Source of the DNA: Sphyrna mokarran
Lineage: Eukaryota
Reading direction: 5' to 3'
Assembly (NCBI GenBank): GCA_024679065.1
Contig: JAGIQG010000013.1
Coordinates: 19,282,001 to 19,346,000, forward strand
Length of the DNA: 64,000 nt
Positions 62,891-64,000 of this stretch are shown here, piece after piece. The notes under the pieces were generated by a model, which was not told where the DNA came from, ran no database searches, and saw only the letters and a list, made by a program, of their open reading frames with translations. Within the stretch, counting starts at the first letter, position 1. Every line of letters begins with the position of its first letter. The translations under genes and the position numbers were made by a program.

Positions 62891-63029
62891 CCAAGAGCAG
62901 ATTCGTCCTTTTGTTTCAATTTCTTCAACTTCTTGGTTCCACTGGTCCCAACGTTTGAAAATGGCCAATCTTCTTCTTTCCAACAGCCCTCATGGTCAGA
63001 TGACCCCCCCTTTCCTGAGGCTTTCTTAC
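62891..63029 (-). CDS. BBX: BBX coding exon (upstream exons lie beyond the window)
   Basis: (G)KKASGKGGSSDHEGCWKEEDWPFSNVGTSGTKKLKKLKQKDESALG matches BBX SSDHEGCW.EE.W.FS..GTSG.KK. Donor GG|GTAAGT in phase 2 joins the 60784 exon. Confidence 0.9.
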
Positions 63030-63819
63030 CTAAAAGCAATACAAATACATTTCTGCATCATTTAGTGAACACTCCAGGAATTGGGGTCACCATGCAGAGG
63101 GACAGCGTGTCATCGAACTCCTTCGAAACTCAATTCTTATTCCCCAGTAATGAACTAGCTTGCTTCTTCTCAAGATCAAATTCTCCAAGTTTTTTTGTAA
63201 CTAACTGCCCAAATAGAGGGAAATTTATATTATTAAAACAAGGGTTTCAATTCACCAGTTTTAAATTTTGTATTGTTTGATAATTCATTAGAAAAACTTT
63301 TGAATCATATTAACTACATCTACTGGCCTGCACTTTTGAACTGCACAAAATCATCGGCTAGACAATAGTCTGAGATCTGCAATCCTCCATTCAGTGCTGT
63401 AATACCTGACCTTTGCATCATGTTATCCTCTGCCAGCTGCCACACCAGCCACAGAACAGAGAGTGAATGACAAAGTGCTCTCCCAATATGACTCTTTCTC
63501 CCAGCTGCTGGGGTGAGCATTAAAATCAGTATGCTTTCATCTATCACTATTTATTTGGCAGACTCCAGGTCCCTGATCTTAGCAATGCTGACAAAGTTGA
63601 AAACAATACAGAACAATCCCTATCCCTTTGAAAATGCTCATCTGCTGATGAGAGGGGAGTTTAAACAGGCAGGATCTGTACTGCCAATTTCATAAACATA
63701 CGGTTACAGAAAGTATCACTAGAGATGAACACTTATTTCCTTTTAGACCTTACCTCTGCAGCTTGGGGACAATTGTTGTTATCTGGGAAATATTTTGGTA
63801 GCTTGCACATCTTTAAAAA

Positions 63820-64000
63820 AGTTAAAAGTTAAAGTTTATTTATTAGTCAGAAGTAAGGCTTACACTAACACTGCAATGAAGTTACTGTGAATTTCCCCTA
63901 GTCGCCACACAGTGGCACTGTTTAGGTCAATGCACCTAACCAGCACATCTTTTAGACAGAGAGGAAACCGGATCACCTGGAGGAAAAGCACAGACATTGG
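63820..64000 (-). mobile_element. V-SINE, tail type B, cut by the window end
   Basis: Type B tail and core. Confidence 0.8.

Noticed and set aside
63754-63810. Exon-like segment on - ending in GAG|GTAAGG upstream of the 63029 BBX exon
   Set aside because: The frame needed to join in phase 1 contains a stop, and the peptide does not resemble BBX.
1-64000. CRISPR arrays, rRNA or prokaryotic operons
   Set aside because: This is intron-rich vertebrate DNA, with no regularly spaced repeat-spacer array or rRNA-like sequence.

Overview
Vertebrate genomic DNA, most likely from a shark or other cartilaginous fish. This is inferred from dense tRNA-derived HE1/V-SINE-like SINEs, CR1 and Rex1/Babar LINEs and Penelope-like elements. 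Two genes lie tail-to-tail. (1) On the + strand is a complete, apparently intact, non-rearranging immunoglobulin-superfamily receptor gene. Its coding exons are leader 20143-20206, V with a germline-joined J-like motif 22549-22914, C1-set domain 27237-27542, transmembrane exon with a charged Arg 33026-33135 and cytoplasmic tail 34975-35046. Together they give 918 nt (305 aa), with all splice phases compatible, plus a probable 5'-UTR exon ending at 13132. The V domain has CD28/CTLA4/CD28H(TMIGD2)/NKp30-type hallmarks (extra Cys pair, EIPPP loop, IGNGTRLTV) but is joined to an antigen-receptor/MHC-type C1 domain. (2) On the - strand are the last coding exons of BBX (63029 to 52613) and a long, repeat-poor putative 3' UTR. 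The Ig gene sits where CD47 sits relative to BBX in human, close to where HHLA2 lies. Other notable signals are Penelope-derived inverted repeats bracketing the C1 exon with a competing hairpin, minimal hammerhead-ribozyme motifs, tandem splice donors giving two cytoplasmic tails (one with PTAP), a candidate soluble-isoform or decayed TM exon, and a CR1 LINE carrying a SINE core in its 3' UTR. Repeat boundaries are approximate. Family comparisons come from recalled sequences, not from searches.
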